In this document: piece by piece, positions 30,897-42,321 of the stretch | Layout of the letters: every line of letters begins with the position of its first letter | Numbering within the stretch: position 1 is the first letter of the stretch | From: Candidatus Nanopelagicales bacterium | Lineage (GTDB): Bacteria > Actinomycetota > Actinomycetes > S36-B12 | Direction of reading: 5' to 3' | NCBI GenBank assembly: GCA_040399625.1 | Contig: JBBARV010000002.1 | Span: 13,432-77,431, forward strand | Length of the DNA stretch: 64,000 nt | Position numbers and translations under genes: made by a program | The notes under the pieces: generated by a model | The model's database searches: none | Seen by the model: the letters and a program-made list of their open reading frames with translations, nothing else | What the model was told of the DNA's origin: nothing

Positions 30897-30952
30897 CTGA
30901 TAAAAGTTATGAAGTTGTCTTGGCTAAAACCTACCCGATTATGTTCTTTGGG

Positions 30953-32383
30953 TTAAACACCGCCACCATTTGCAGTGCCTATTTTATGGACCCGCATGCC
31001 ATTGGTTGTTCCGGGAACACCGGGTGGCACTCCGGCCACAATCACTACCCGCTGACCAGCTGTAGCCCGCCCAATGTCTAGCAGCGCTTTGTCAACTTGG
31101 GTAACCATGTCGTCGGTGTGACTCACCTGAGGGACCAAGAAAGTTTCAACACCCCACGTCAGCGACAATTGACTGCGGACTCTGGGGTTTGGAGTGAATG
31201 CGAGCAGCGGAGTGTGGGCTCGCCAACGTGAAATCAACCGAGCCGACCTGCCGGTCTCCGTGAATGCAATGAGATATGAGGCGCTGGTCCCCACGGCCAC
31301 GTCAACCGCGGCGTGGGTAACTGCTCGAGCAGTTGAGCCGGTGGGTGAATCCATTAAGGGTGGGATCCGATCGAGGGCCTCTGCTTCTAAGTGCTTTATA
31401 ATTGTCGACATTGTCTCCACTGCATGTGCGGGGCGTACTCCCACGCTGGTTTCACCCGACAACATCAGGGCATCAGCACCGTCAAGCACCGCATTTGCGA
31501 CATCACTTACCTCGGCTCGAGTTGGACGGTTTTCGGTGATCATCGAGTCCAACATTTGTGTGGCCACAATGACCGGCTTTCCCGCCTCACGGCACATCTG
31601 GATTGCTCTTTTTTGAACGAGTGGCACCATTTCAAGCGGTAGCTCCACTCCGAGATCTCCGCGCGCCACCATGACACCATCAAATGCGGCAATGATGTCC
31701 TCCAGATTGTCAACCGCCTGCGGTTTTTCAACTTTTGCCAGGACGGGGACTCGGATACCCTCCTCGTCCATAATCGCATGGACATCATGAATATCGGCGG
31801 AGGAACGCACGAAGGAAAGTGCAATAAGGTCAGCACCAATGCGCAACCCCCAACGCAAATCTTCGCGGTCTTTTTCCGAGAGCGCTGGAACGCTGACCGC
31901 GACGCCGGGCAGGTTGAATCCTTTGTTGTTAGAGACGATACCGCCATCAATAACGAGCGTGTGAACTCTTGGACCCACAACTTTGGTGACCTGCAGTTCA
32001 ATTCGCCCATCGTCGACAAGCACTCGATCGCCAGGGCTTACATCACCGGGTAGGCCACTAAAAGTAGTAGAAACCATTTTTGCATCACCCGGACAATCCT
32101 CCGTGGTGACGATGAATTCATCACCGGCTACCAACTCAACCGGTCCTGTAGCGAACCGTCCCAGCCGAATTTTGGGGCCTTGAAGGTCAACGAGGATGGC
32201 CACACTGCGCCCAGATGCATCAGATGCTGCACGAACCCAGTGATAGGCGGCTTCATGGTCTGCATAATCACCGTGGGACAGATTCAACCGGGCGACGTCC
32301 ATGCCGGCTTCAACCAATTCAAGAACGCCTTGCGCACTTGCTGTAGCCGGGCCAAGTGTTGCAACTATTTTGGCTCTTCGCAT
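30953..32383 (-). CDS. pyk: Pyruvate kinase
   Basis: KIVATLGP, ARLNLSHG, DLQGPKIR, MVARGDLGVE, ATQMLDSM. TAAGGT lies 6 nt before the ATG. Confidence 0.99.
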   Translation of the reverse strand: MRRAKIVATLGPATASAQGVLELVEAGMDVARLNLSHGDYADHEAAYHWVRAASDASGRSVAILVDLQGPKIRLGRFATGPVELVAGDEFIVTTEDCPGDAKMVSTTFSGLPGDVSPGDRVLVDDGRIELQVTKVVGPRVHTLVIDGGIVSNNKGFNLPGVAVSVPALSEKDREDLRWGLRIGADLIALSFVRSSADIHDVHAIMDEEGIRVPVLAKVEKPQAVDNLEDIIAAFDGVMVARGDLGVELPLEMVPLVQKRAIQMCREAGKPVIVATQMLDSMITENRPTRAEVSDVANAVLDGADALMLSGETSVGVRPAHAVETMSTIIKHLEAEALDRIPPLMDSPTGSTARAVTHAAVDVAVGTSASYLIAFTETGRSARLISRWRAHTPLLAFTPNPRVRSQLSLTWGVETFLVPQVSHTDDMVTQVDKALLDIGRATAGQRVVIVAGVPPGVPGTTNGMRVHKIGTANGGGV

Positions 32384-32420
32384 ACCTCAACCTTATGGCA
32401 CGCAGTTGCAAAAAGGTTTC

Positions 32421-33875
32421 TCACACGGTTAGAGGACGGTCAAGCGCACTTACTGGACTAGGCAAATTAGTTGAACCCATCAGGAATTTGTCAACCGCTG
32501 CCGCGGCTGCACGCCCCTCTGCAATCGCCCACACAATTAAGGACTGACCTCGTCCTGCATCCCCTGCAACGAACACTCCCTCGGAATCGGTTGCAAACTG
32601 TGAGTCGCGCTTGATATTGCCGCGCGCATCCAGTTCAAGACCCAATTGTTGAACATAGGGTGCTTGCTCAGGGCCAGTGAATCCCATGGCTAGGAGAACA
32701 ACATCAGCTTTCACGATCTGTTGCGTTCCAGCGACCACGGAGAAGTTACCGTTGACAAACTCGACTTCGGCAAGCTCAATGCCGGACACATTTTTACCAT
32801 CCTCGGTGAGGAATTTCTGAGTGGACATTGAGAACATTCGATCCCCGCCCTCTTCGTGAGCACTACTAACGCGATAAATCGTGGGGTAGGTCGGCCACGG
32901 TGAATTCTCGCCACGCTCCAGTCCTGGATTCGGCATGATCTCGAGTTGGGTCACACTTGCGGCTCCTTGACGCAGCGAGGTTCCCAGACAATCTGCACCC
33001 GTGTCACCGCCACCCAGAATCACCACATGTTTGCCAGCAACGTCGTAGGGTGAAGATTCCAAGTCACCTTCTTGTACCCGATTGGCCAGTGGCAAAAATT
33101 CCATGGCTTGGTGGATCCCGTCAAGGTCACGACCGGGTACCTCAAGTTCACGAGCCACAGTGGCGCCGATGCAAACGACAATCGCGTCATAGCGGTGGCG
33201 TAAATCTGAACCGGTGAGGTCCACGCCAATCTCAACTCCAGGACGGAATTTAACCCCCTCAGCCTCCAATTGTTCAAGTCGCTGATCGAGGTGGTGCTTC
33301 TCCATCTTGAACTCAGGAATGCCGTATCGAAGGAGTCCACCGATCCGGTCCGCCCGTTCATAAACCGCGACGGTGTGTCCCGCTCGCGCAAGTTGCTGCG
33401 CCGTGGCAAGTCCCGCTGGTCCAGACCCAATTACTGCGACTGTCCGACCCGAGAGACTTTCTGGCGGAGCCGGCTTAATCCACCCCGATTGCCACGCCCG
33501 ATCGACAATAGAAACTTCAATTTGCTTGATTGCGACCGGATCCTCGTTGATTCCCAAAACACATGCGGATTCACATGGGGCAGGACACAGCCGCCCCGTG
33601 AATTCAGGGAAGTTATTTGTGGCATGTAAGCGCTCAATGGCTTGACCCCAGTCACGGTCATAAATCAACTCATTCCACTCAGGGATCAAGTTGCCCAGGG
33701 GGCATCCGTTATGGCAAAACGGGATACCACAGTCCATGCATCGACCAGCCTGGGATTCAACATCTTTTGGCTCAAAATCCTCATAGACTTCACGCCAGTC
33801 TCGAATCCTGATGTCAACCGGGCGGCGCTTAGGCAGCTCCCGATCAGTGGTCATAAATCCGCGTGGATCACCCAT
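32421..33875 (-). CDS. gltD: Glutamate synthase small (beta) subunit
   Basis: RCMDCGIPFCHNGCP, GSGPAG, GGGDTGADC, AGDAGRGQSLIVWAI. Confidence 0.98.
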   Translation of the reverse strand: MGDPRGFMTTDRELPKRRPVDIRIRDWREVYEDFEPKDVESQAGRCMDCGIPFCHNGCPLGNLIPEWNELIYDRDWGQAIERLHATNNFPEFTGRLCPAPCESACVLGINEDPVAIKQIEVSIVDRAWQSGWIKPAPPESLSGRTVAVIGSGPAGLATAQQLARAGHTVAVYERADRIGGLLRYGIPEFKMEKHHLDQRLEQLEAEGVKFRPGVEIGVDLTGSDLRHRYDAIVVCIGATVARELEVPGRDLDGIHQAMEFLPLANRVQEGDLESSPYDVAGKHVVILGGGDTGADCLGTSLRQGAASVTQLEIMPNPGLERGENSPWPTYPTIYRVSSAHEEGGDRMFSMSTQKFLTEDGKNVSGIELAEVEFVNGNFSVVAGTQQIVKADVVLLAMGFTGPEQAPYVQQLGLELDARGNIKRDSQFATDSEGVFVAGDAGRGQSLIVWAIAEGRAAAAAVDKFLMGSTNLPSPVSALDRPLTV

Positions 33876-33902
33876 TGCAACTCCTTAACGTAAATGACAT
33901 GG

Positions 33903-36900
33903 TTAAACCCTGCTCATAATCGCCAACATCGGGTCTTCACCGCGGCTAATCGCATCGGCTTCAATTTCTAAAACCCGCTTGTAATCTCGTGGAATAACTT
34001 TTGTGAAACGAGTGATCGACGAGGTCCACGTTGCAAGTAGCTCGCTTCCCCGTTGTGACTTCGTCTCGTCCACGTGCCGGGAAATCAACTCGAAGAGTTC
34101 CTGTGCATCGGTTTCATCGAGCTGGTTCAGTTCAACGAGTTCGTGATTAATCAAAGCCGGATCAAGATCGAGCAAATATGCAATCCCACCTGACATACCT
34201 GCACCAAAGTTTCTACCCGTCGACCCAAGCACGACAACCCTTCCACCGGTCATGTACTCACAGCCATGATCGCCAATGCCTTCAGTAACAGCAATGGCTC
34301 CTGAGTTGCGAACACAAAAACGTTCACCAACGCGGCCACTCAGGAACAACTCTCCCGAAGTTGCTCCGTAACCGATCACGTTGCCTGCAACCGTGTTCTC
34401 GCTGGACTCAAATGGGGCGTTTGCATGCGGATGCACCACAATTCGACCGCCAGAAAGGCCCTTCCCAACATAGTCATTCGCATCGCCCACAAGCCTGAGG
34501 GTGAGTCCTTGTGGAATGAAGGCTCCGAAGCTTTGTCCGGCAGAACCGGTAAAAGAAATATCAATGGTTCCAGCTGGCAATCCACCGCGCTTTGTGATTT
34601 CACTCCCGAGCATCGTGCCGACTGTGCGATTCACGTTTCGAATTTGCACATCAATTTTGGTGGGGAGTCCCGTTGCCAACGCATCAGCACTCATCCGGAT
34701 CAGCTCCTGGTCGAGTGCATGCTCTAAGCCATGATCTTGATTCTTCATATGCCTGCGATGGCCCAGTTCCCCTGGGTCTGGAATGTGCAGAATCGGTTCC
34801 AAATCGAGACCATCCGCTTTCCAGTGGGTAATTGCTTTGTTCATATTGAGAACTTCAACCTGGCCGATAGCTTCATCCATTGAAGTGAAACCAAGTTCAG
34901 CAAGCAATTCGCGAACTTCTTGTGCAATGTACTCAAAGAAGGTTTCGACGAATTCCGGCTTACCGGAGAACTTTTCACGGAGAACCGGGTTTTGCGTGGC
35001 CACACCTACCGGACACGTGTCCAGGTGACACACCCGCATCATGATGCAGCCCATAACGACCAGCGGTGCGGTAGCAAAACCGAACTCTTCAGCGCCGAGC
35101 AAGGCCGCGATGATGACGTCACGCCCGGTTTTGAGTTGGCCATCGGCTTGTACAACTACTCGATCTCTGAGTCCATTGAGGAGAAGGGTCTGCTGGGTCT
35201 CGGCTAATCCAAGTTCCCACGGGGCCCCGGCATGTTTTAGGGAAGTCAGAGGTGAAGCGCCCGTCCCTCCGTCATGACCAGAGATCAAAATCACGTCAGC
35301 ATGTGCTTTAGCTACACCGGCTGCAACCGTTCCCACCCCAACCTCAGCTACCAGTTTCACGTGGATGCGTGCATCAGAGTTGGCGTTTTTCAAGTCATGA
35401 ATCAATTGGGCTAAATCTTCAATTGAATAAATATCGTGATGCGGCGGCGGTGAAATCAAAGTCACACCAGGTGTGGAAAATCGTGTCTTGGCGATCCACG
35501 GATACACCTTGTTGCCGGGAAGCTGGCCACCTTCGCCTGGCTTAGCACCCTGCGCCATTTTTATCTGAATATCATCACTGTTCACCAAGTACTCGCTGGT
35601 GACACCAAACCGACCCGAAGCCACCTGCTTGATTGCCGAGCGTTTGGAATCGCCATTTGCCATCGGTAGGTAGCGTTCTGGATCCTCTCCGCCTTCACCC
35701 GTGTTGGATTTTGCCCCAAGACGATTCATAGCGATTGCAAGAGTCTCGTGAGCTTCCGCCGAAATTGAACCGTAAGACATGGCACCGGTCGAAAACCTTT
35801 TAACGATGCTCTCAATTGATTCAACTTCATCAATTGGAATTGCGGCACGCGGTGATGAGAATTCAAATAGTCCACGTAACGTCATAAGCCGTTCCGATTG
35901 ATCGTTGACTCGGCCAGTGTATTCACGGAAAATATCAAAACGCTTTGAGCGAGTCGCGTGCTGCAGTCGGAATACCGTGTCCGGGTCGAATAAGTGCGGT
36001 GATCCCTCGCGTCGCCATTGATACTCCCCGCCATCACGCAGTGTGCGATGTGTTGGTGAGATCCCCGAAACCGGATAAGCGTCGGCATGACGTGCGGCAT
36101 TTTCTTGTGCGATTACCTCAAGACCGATTCCACCAAGTTGTGAGATCGTCCCCGTGAAGTAGGCATCAATGAATTCCTGTGACAGACCAATGGCTTCGAA
36201 AATCTGCGCTCCGCGATAGGAGGCGACCGTAGAAACCCCCATTTTGGACATGACTTTCAAGAGCCCCTTGCCCAAGGATTTGATCACATTACGCATGGCT
36301 TTCTCGGGAGAAATGTCAGAAATCACATTACGTCGAACAAGATCTTCAACGCTTTCCAGCGCCAAATACGGGTTAATGGCAGCGGCACCGTAACCGATCA
36401 AGAGTGCAACATGATGAACTTCGCGTACGTCTCCAGTTTCAATCAGAAGGCTGATCATGGTGCGGTGCTTGGTGCGCACTAAATGGTGATGAACAGCCGC
36501 ACACAACAACAAGGATGGGATCGGTGCAAGGCTTGCATTGCTGTCACGGTCTGAGAGAACAATGAATCTCTTTCCTTGTCGAATCAATGCGTCAACTTCG
36601 TTGAAGATTTCTAAGATGCGCTTTTCGAGTGCGGGCCCGCCGCCGTACACGTTATAGAGACCCTTGATGCGTGCAGCGGCAAATTCTGGCAGGGTTCCAT
36701 CGGCATTGATATGCAGGATTTTTGCCAATTCGTCATTGTCAATAACAGGGAATGGCAACACAACCTGCCGACACTGAGCAGGTGATGCCTCCAGCAAGTT
36801 TCCCTCGGGACCAATGAGACTCCCGAGTGAGGTAACAATTTCCTCGCGAATTGCATCAAGTGGAGGGTTTGTCACCTGGGCGAAAAGCTGACTGAAGTAG

Positions 36901-38405
36901 TCAAACAGCAAGCGAGGGCGGTCTGACAGCGCGGCAATGGGCGTGTCCGTGCCCATTGAGCCAATTGCTTCAGTGCCGTTTTTAGCCATGGGTTCAATGA
37001 CCAGTCGCAACTCTTCCTGGGTGTAACCGAAAGTTTGTTGGCGGCGAGCTACCGACTCCCGCGTATGGACAATATGTTCCCGATCAGGTAGAGCATCGAG
37101 GTGGATCAATCCACTGGACACCCACTCCTCATAGGGATTTTCGGCAGCGAGTGCGTCCTTGATCTCTTCGTCTTCGATCACTCGACCGGCGGCGGTATCC
37201 ACCAAAAACATTTTGCCCGGCTGTAACCGTCCCTTACGAATGACGGTACTTGGATCGATGTCGAGTACCCCTGCTTCAGATGCCAAGATGACGAGTCCGT
37301 CATCACAGACCCAGAAGCGCCCTGGCCTTAAACCGTTACGGTCCAGCACCGCCCCGATAACAGTTCCGTCGGTGAAACATACATTCGCCGGACCATCCCA
37401 CGGTTCCATGGTTGTGGCATGAAATTCATAAAACGCTCTCCGCGCCGGTGACATATCCAAATTGTTTTCCCACGCCTCTGGGATCATCATGAGGACTGAG
37501 TGTGGGAGGGAACGGCCACCAAGGTGCAATAGCTCGAGCGCTTCATCGAATGAGGCTGAATCACTGGCATTTGGCGAACAAATCGGGAACAACCTGGTCA
37601 GATCCCCCGGCAAAATATCGGAGGTCAACATCGCTTCACGAGCAGACATCCAGTTTCGGTTTCCTCGCACGGTATTGATTTCGCCGTTGTGTGCGATCAG
37701 TCGATACGGGTGTGCAAGTGGCCAAGATGGGAAAGTATTCGTTGAAAATCGCGAGTGAACGAGTGCCAATGCACTGTGCATCAACGGATCTGTCAACTCG
37801 GGGAAAAATGGAGCCAATTGGCCCGTGGTCAACATGCCTTTATACAACAGGGTACGGCTTGACAGTGAAGAAAAATATACGTCTAGATCATGTTCGACCA
37901 TTTTGCGAAACCCATAAACCGCTCGGTCAAGTGCAATTCCCGAAGACGCGTTGTCAGAGATGAATATCTGCCAAAAATCTGGCATACATGATTTTGCCAT
38001 TGCCCCAATCATCGTGTCATCTGTCGGAACCTGGCGCCACCCAAGAATGTTTAAGCCCTCCGCGAGCGCGAGCTCTTCCATCGCCGCCTTGGCAAGCGGG
38101 GCGTGCCCCTGATCAAAAAATGCAGTACCAACGGCGTAATGCCCAGCCGCTGGCAGGTCGAATTCCACATTGTCGCGCAGGAAGAGGTCAGGAACCTGAA
38201 TCAAAATACCCGCGCCGTCACCGCTATCGGGTTCACTGCCTGACGCACCTCGGTGCTCAAGATTTGTCAGGGCCTTGATGGCCTTTTCCACTATCGCGTG
38301 GCTGGGGACCCCGGTTAGCGTGGCGACAAATGCAACGCCGCAGGCGTCATGTTCGCGGTCAGGGTTGTAGAGACCCTGTTTTTTGGGGTGCAGGCTGATC
38401 GCCAT
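33903..38405 (-). CDS. gltB: Glutamate synthase large (alpha) subunit
   Basis: [41 protein letters not shown]. Start set at ATG 38405 after GAGGAG. Confidence 0.99.
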   Translation of the reverse strand: MAISLHPKKQGLYNPDREHDACGVAFVATLTGVPSHAIVEKAIKALTNLEHRGASGSEPDSGDGAGILIQVPDLFLRDNVEFDLPAAGHYAVGTAFFDQGHAPLAKAAMEELALAEGLNILGWRQVPTDDTMIGAMAKSCMPDFWQIFISDNASSGIALDRAVYGFRKMVEHDLDVYFSSLSSRTLLYKGMLTTGQLAPFFPELTDPLMHSALALVHSRFSTNTFPSWPLAHPYRLIAHNGEINTVRGNRNWMSAREAMLTSDILPGDLTRLFPICSPNASDSASFDEALELLHLGGRSLPHSVLMMIPEAWENNLDMSPARRAFYEFHATTMEPWDGPANVCFTDGTVIGAVLDRNGLRPGRFWVCDDGLVILASEAGVLDIDPSTVIRKGRLQPGKMFLVDTAAGRVIEDEEIKDALAAENPYEEWVSSGLIHLDALPDREHIVHTRESVARRQQTFGYTQEELRLVIEPMAKNGTEAIGSMGTDTPIAALSDRPRLLFDYFSQLFAQVTNPPLDAIREEIVTSLGSLIGPEGNLLEASPAQCRQVVLPFPVIDNDELAKILHINADGTLPEFAAARIKGLYNVYGGGPALEKRILEIFNEVDALIRQGKRFIVLSDRDSNASLAPIPSLLLCAAVHHHLVRTKHRTMISLLIETGDVREVHHVALLIGYGAAAINPYLALESVEDLVRRNVISDISPEKAMRNVIKSLGKGLLKVMSKMGVSTVASYRGAQIFEAIGLSQEFIDAYFTGTISQLGGIGLEVIAQENAARHADAYPVSGISPTHRTLRDGGEYQWRREGSPHLFDPDTVFRLQHATRSKRFDIFREYTGRVNDQSERLMTLRGLFEFSSPRAAIPIDEVESIESIVKRFSTGAMSYGSISAEAHETLAIAMNRLGAKSNTGEGGEDPERYLPMANGDSKRSAIKQVASGRFGVTSEYLVNSDDIQIKMAQGAKPGEGGQLPGNKVYPWIAKTRFSTPGVTLISPPPHHDIYSIEDLAQLIHDLKNANSDARIHVKLVAEVGVGTVAAGVAKAHADVILISGHDGGTGASPLTSLKHAGAPWELGLAETQQTLLLNGLRDRVVVQADGQLKTGRDVIIAALLGAEEFGFATAPLVVMGCIMMRVCHLDTCPVGVATQNPVLREKFSGKPEFVETFFEYIAQEVRELLAELGFTSMDEAIGQVEVLNMNKAITHWKADGLDLEPILHIPDPGELGHRRHMKNQDHGLEHALDQELIRMSADALATGLPTKIDVQIRNVNRTVGTMLGSEITKRGGLPAGTIDISFTGSAGQSFGAFIPQGLTLRLVGDANDYVGKGLSGGRIVVHPHANAPFESSENTVAGNVIGYGATSGELFLSGRVGERFCVRNSGAIAVTEGIGDHGCEYMTGGRVVVLGSTGRNFGAGMSGGIAYLLDLDPALINHELVELNQLDETDAQELFELISRHVDETKSQRGSELLATWTSSITRFTKVIPRDYKRVLEIEADAISRGEDPMLAIMSRV

Positions 38406-38508
38406 TCTGGGACTCCTCAATCGTCGCATTCAACACGGAATAAATCTGGTCAAGCAAAAATGACTCAGACATTTCCGGGACGACGTTGGCCCGATGGCGA
38501 AAACTATA
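38406..38508 (-). promoter_or_regulatory. gltB promoter (-10 TATAGT over the lgt stop) and structured 5' leader
   Basis: TATAGT at 38508-38503. Nested complementary pairs CGTCGT/GCGACG, CGGAA/TTCCG, TCTG/CAGA and GTCA/TGAC. Confidence 0.55.
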
Positions 38509-39361
38509 CCGCTTTTGGTTCAGAAGGCTCAGCCGGCTCCGTTGACCCGGAAATGACCTCCCGGCCAGGCCGCAGACGAGCCGAGATCACCAAATAGGCC
38601 AAAGCACCTAATCCGACGAGAATTGAGGTCCATACGTTAAGTCGCAGTCCTAAAACTTCATTGGCAGTGTCAATCCGCAGAAGTTCAACCCAGAATCTGC
38701 CCAGCGTGTACAACAAAATGTACAGGGCAAATGCCCGTCCGTGACCCAGGTTGAAACGGCGATCGGCCCAGATTACAACGAGGGCAACCCCCACCAGCCA
38801 CAAGGATTCATAGAGAAACGTCGGGTGGAAAGTTGCGTACTCGGCGTAACCTGCTGGTCGATTTCCGGGTGAGATCTCCAAACCCCAGGGCAATGTCGTG
38901 GGTGAACCAAAAAGTTCCTGGTTGAAGTAATTGCCTAATCGACCGATTGCTTGGGCAAGTGCTACCCCCGGTGCAATCGCATCGGCGATCGGCGGCAAGG
39001 CAACACCGTTTCGGCGAGCGCCTATCCAAGCGCCGACTCCACCTAACGCAACGGCACCCCAAATTCCCAGCCCGCCGTCCCAAATGCGGAGTGCGGCAAT
39101 GAATCCCTTGCCTTCGTCACCAAAGTAGATCTGCCAGTCGCTGAGTACGTGATAAAGGCGCCCACCAACAATTCCAAATGGAACCGCCCAAATAGCTATG
39201 TCGGTGATGACCCCTGGACGCCCACCGCGCGCTTCATAACGCTTATTGCCCAATACAACGGCAACAATGATGCCCAACACGATAAACAATGCATAGGCCC
39301 TGATTGGGATAGGGCCTAATTCCCACACACCCGTCTCTGGACTGGGTATGAATGTTTTCAC
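38504..39361 (-). CDS. lgt: Prolipoprotein diacylglyceryl transferase
   Basis: GGRLYHV, GGLGIWG, QAIGRLGNYFNQELFG, HPTFLYE. Confidence 0.97.
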   Translation of the reverse strand: MKTFIPSPETGVWELGPIPIRAYALFIVLGIIVAVVLGNKRYEARGGRPGVITDIAIWAVPFGIVGGRLYHVLSDWQIYFGDEGKGFIAALRIWDGGLGIWGAVALGGVGAWIGARRNGVALPPIADAIAPGVALAQAIGRLGNYFNQELFGSPTTLPWGLEISPGNRPAGYAEYATFHPTFLYESLWLVGVALVVIWADRRFNLGHGRAFALYILLYTLGRFWVELLRIDTANEVLGLRLNVWTSILVGLGALAYLVISARLRPGREVISGSTEPAEPSEPKAV

Positions 39362-39375
39362 GTGAGCGGGTCCAC

Positions 39376-40176
39376 CTACGACTTAGAAGTTACAAGTTCG
39401 GCTAAACCAATGCGATCAGCCAATATTGCAGTTTCAACCGGTTCCCCATTGAGAAAACCTGCCGGTGTTCCACCAATTTGACCGGCTAGAAATTCCTGAT
39501 TGGTGTTCGCCGCCCAGGCGAGGTAGGTGCCATCTGTGACGCATTGGGTGAAAGTAGTGAATTCTGTCTCGGTGAGGCCCAGCTCTGAACCAAATCCGAG
39601 AAGTTGTTCCTCCGTGAAACCCATACCTTCTTCGAGCGGCTGGTTCGCGTACACGGTGTCGTGGTACTCCTTGACCTTGCCTGCATCAATCGCACAACCC
39701 CACGCCGCGATTGCACGGTGCGATGAATCATTTCCCAGATTCCCATCCAGGAAAGCGGTTGGACGGTAGACGAGTTGAACTTTGCCCTCTTCGGCCAGTT
39801 GCGTTATTCCATCGCCATTGGCTTGTTCGAGGGCCCCACATGCTGGGCACTGAAAGTCTTCCCATAGCTCAAGAACGGGAACATCAGCACTGCCGGTCCC
39901 GTAGGGAACACCAAATGGGGTTGGTGAATCGGCTGCGAGAACTCCAGCAGGTAATGCCGCTGAGGGGTCAGGCTCAACTACTCCACCGGTTGAGCCACCG
40001 GCGTCAGTTGATGGGCTGTTGCTACTGGCGTAGACGGCAACTCCAATAATGGCGGCCATTACGGCTACTACCGTCGCCCCACCCACGATGCGAACTATGC
40101 GCTCACGACGCTTCTCAGAAGCTTGAGCTTCTCCGCGAGCCTGTGCAGCTCTTTCGCGACGACCCTTTTCACCCAT
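39376..40176 (-). CDS. Membrane-anchored DsbA-family thiol-disulfide oxidoreductase
   Basis: Basic N-terminus plus TM helix, EDFQCPAC active site, GTP cis-Pro loop. Confidence 0.9.
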   Translation of the reverse strand: MGEKGRRERAAQARGEAQASEKRRERIVRIVGGATVVAVMAAIIGVAVYASSNSPSTDAGGSTGGVVEPDPSAALPAGVLAADSPTPFGVPYGTGSADVPVLELWEDFQCPACGALEQANGDGITQLAEEGKVQLVYRPTAFLDGNLGNDSSHRAIAAWGCAIDAGKVKEYHDTVYANQPLEEGMGFTEEQLLGFGSELGLTETEFTTFTQCVTDGTYLAWAANTNQEFLAGQIGGTPAGFLNGEPVETAILADRIGLAELVTSKS

Positions 40177-40263
40177 TGAACCTGCTCCTAATTCACTTAC
40201 TTGATTCCCATTGATGGCGCATTAAGCCCTGACACTTCTATGGCTAAGAATAAGCGAGGGGGG

Positions 40264-41064
40264 CTAACCACCGTGACGTACCCCTTCTGCAAGTTCCTGT
40301 GCAAGTTCACGCACCGCTGCGACCCCGCCGGCATTGGCCGCTTTCACAAATGCCGATCCGACAATTACTCCGTCGGCATAGTTGGCAATTTCCGCTGCTT
40401 GCACACCGTTTGAGACACCCAAACCCACTGCTATTGGCAAGTCTGTGCATTCACGGACACGAGCCACCAACTCAGGCGCCATATTGCTCACCTGATCACG
40501 AGCACCTGTAACCCCCATGGTGGAAGCCGCATAGACGAATCCACGAGTGTCACGGCAAATCTTGACTATTCTTTCGTTGGTCGATGAGGGTGCCACGAGA
40601 AATATCGGGTCAACGTCATGAAGGGCTGCGGCCGCAATCCACGGCTGCCCTTCTTCAATTGTGAGATCTGGAGTGATGACCCCGACGCCACCTGACTCCT
40701 GCAATTCGCGAGCAAAATTTTCTACACCGAACTGCTCAATCGGATTCCAGTAACTCATAACGACCGGAACAACTCCACGGTCAGCAACGGCCCTAACGAC
40801 CGTCAGCACCGACTTTGGGGTAGCCCCATTGGTCAGGGCTTGATCAACAGCCTGTTGGATAACAGGGCCGTCCATCAGCGGATCCGAATACGGAAGACCT
40901 ACTTCAATGAGGTCGACTCCCCCGTCACACATTGCTTGCACTAGCTCAATTGATTCGCTCAAAGTTGGAAAGCCGGCCGGGAGATACCCGATGAGTAGGG
41001 CCCGACCCTCGTTTTTCGACTGAGCGAATGCTGCACTGATGGTTCCCGTTTTCGTGGGATTCAC
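40264..41064 (-). CDS. trpA: Tryptophan synthase alpha chain
   Basis: EVGLPYSDPLMDGPVIQ, MGVTGAR, ADGVIVGSA. Confidence 0.98.
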   Translation of the reverse strand: MNPTKTGTISAAFAQSKNEGRALLIGYLPAGFPTLSESIELVQAMCDGGVDLIEVGLPYSDPLMDGPVIQQAVDQALTNGATPKSVLTVVRAVADRGVVPVVMSYWNPIEQFGVENFARELQESGGVGVITPDLTIEEGQPWIAAAALHDVDPIFLVAPSSTNERIVKICRDTRGFVYAASTMGVTGARDQVSNMAPELVARVRECTDLPIAVGLGVSNGVQAAEIANYADGVIVGSAFVKAANAGGVAAVRELAQELAEGVRHGG

Positions 41065-41067
41065 AAA

Positions 41068-42321
41068 TCAGCGTCCTTCAGCAAGTTCGATACTGATACC
41101 GGACTCAGAATGCTCAAGTTCAATGCCAAACCAACGGGCAGCCGTCGCCACGTCTTTGTCTCCCCGTCCACTCAGATTAAGAATTATGACGGAATCTGGA
41201 CCCAACTCTTTACCCAAACGGATAACACCCGCTAACCCGTGGGCTGTTTCAATAGCCGGGATAATTCCCTCAGTGCGCGAACACAGAGCGAATGCCTCCA
41301 TGGCCTCTGAGTCATTGACGGGTTCATAGATGGCACGACCCGTGTCATGCAACCAGGCATGCTCTGGACCTACACCCGGGTAGTCAAGCCCCGCACTGAT
41401 GGAGTGTGAGGGAATTGTTTGCCCCCACTTGTCCTGCATCACGTATGTGCGTGCACCATGAAGAACGCCAGGTGACCCGGCTGAGAATCTCGCTGCATGG
41501 CGTCCCGTTTCCACGCCGTCACCACCGGCTTCATAGCCCCGCAATTGCACGCTGAGATCGTCCATAAATCCGCTGAAGAGGCCCATAGCGTTGGATCCGC
41601 CGCCCACACAGGCCGCAACGGCGTCTGGCAACCGACCTTCGATAGCTAATATTTGCTCTCGTGATTCGCGCCCAATCACTGAATGGAAATGGCGCACCAT
41701 GTCAGGAAAAGGCGACGGTCCGGTCACCGTTCCGAGAACGTAGTGGGTTGAATCAACCGAGGCTACCCAATCGCGCATTGCTTCGTTGATTGCATCTTTG
41801 AGCGTCCTACTGCCATTCGTGACAGAAATAACTTCAGCACCGAGGAGCTTCATGCGGGCGACATTGAGCGCCTGTCGACGAGTGTCTTCCTCGCCCATAT
41901 AGACAGCGCATTCAAGTCCGAGCAATGCGGCGGCCGTTGCCGTTGCCACCCCGTGTTGACCTGCCCCAGTTTCGGCAATGACTCGCTTTTTACCCATGCG
42001 CTGGGCAAGAAGTACTTGACCCAATGCGTTATTTATTTTGTGAGATCCGGTGTGGTTGAGATCCTCGCGCTTGAAGTAAACATGAGCGTTATTACAGTAT
42101 TCACCGAATCTCCAAGCCCGCGTTAGCGGAGAAGGCCGGCCGGTGTAGTCCCGCTCTAAATCTGAGAGTTGGGTAGCGAAGTTTGGATCAGCAATCGCCG
42201 CCTGAAATGCTGCATCGAGTTGATCCAGTGCGCTCGTCAAAGCCTCGGGGACGAAGCGGCCGCCATAAGGACCAAAGTGTCCAGCAAGAACTACTTCGCG
42301 TTCAACCTCGGAGGTGGTCAT
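41068..42321 (-). CDS. trpB: Tryptophan synthase beta chain
   Basis: [52 protein letters not shown] overlap with trpC. Confidence 0.99.
   Translation of the reverse strand: MTTSEVEREVVLAGHFGPYGGRFVPEALTSALDQLDAAFQAAIADPNFATQLSDLERDYTGRPSPLTRAWRFGEYCNNAHVYFKREDLNHTGSHKINNALGQVLLAQRMGKKRVIAETGAGQHGVATATAAALLGLECAVYMGEEDTRRQALNVARMKLLGAEVISVTNGSRTLKDAINEAMRDWVASVDSTHYVLGTVTGPSPFPDMVRHFHSVIGRESREQILAIEGRLPDAVAACVGGGSNAMGLFSGFMDDLSVQLRGYEAGGDGVETGRHAARFSAGSPGVLHGARTYVMQDKWGQTIPSHSISAGLDYPGVGPEHAWLHDTGRAIYEPVNDSEAMEAFALCSRTEGIIPAIETAHGLAGVIRLGKELGPDSVIILNLSGRGDKDVATAARWFGIELEHSESGISIELAEGR

Noticed and set aside
38359-38472. Possible 37-codon uORF (MSESFLLDQ...) starting in the gltB leader and overlapping gltB
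   Set aside because: No SD, not at the predicted TSS, and no run of regulatory codons. RNA structure explains the leader better.
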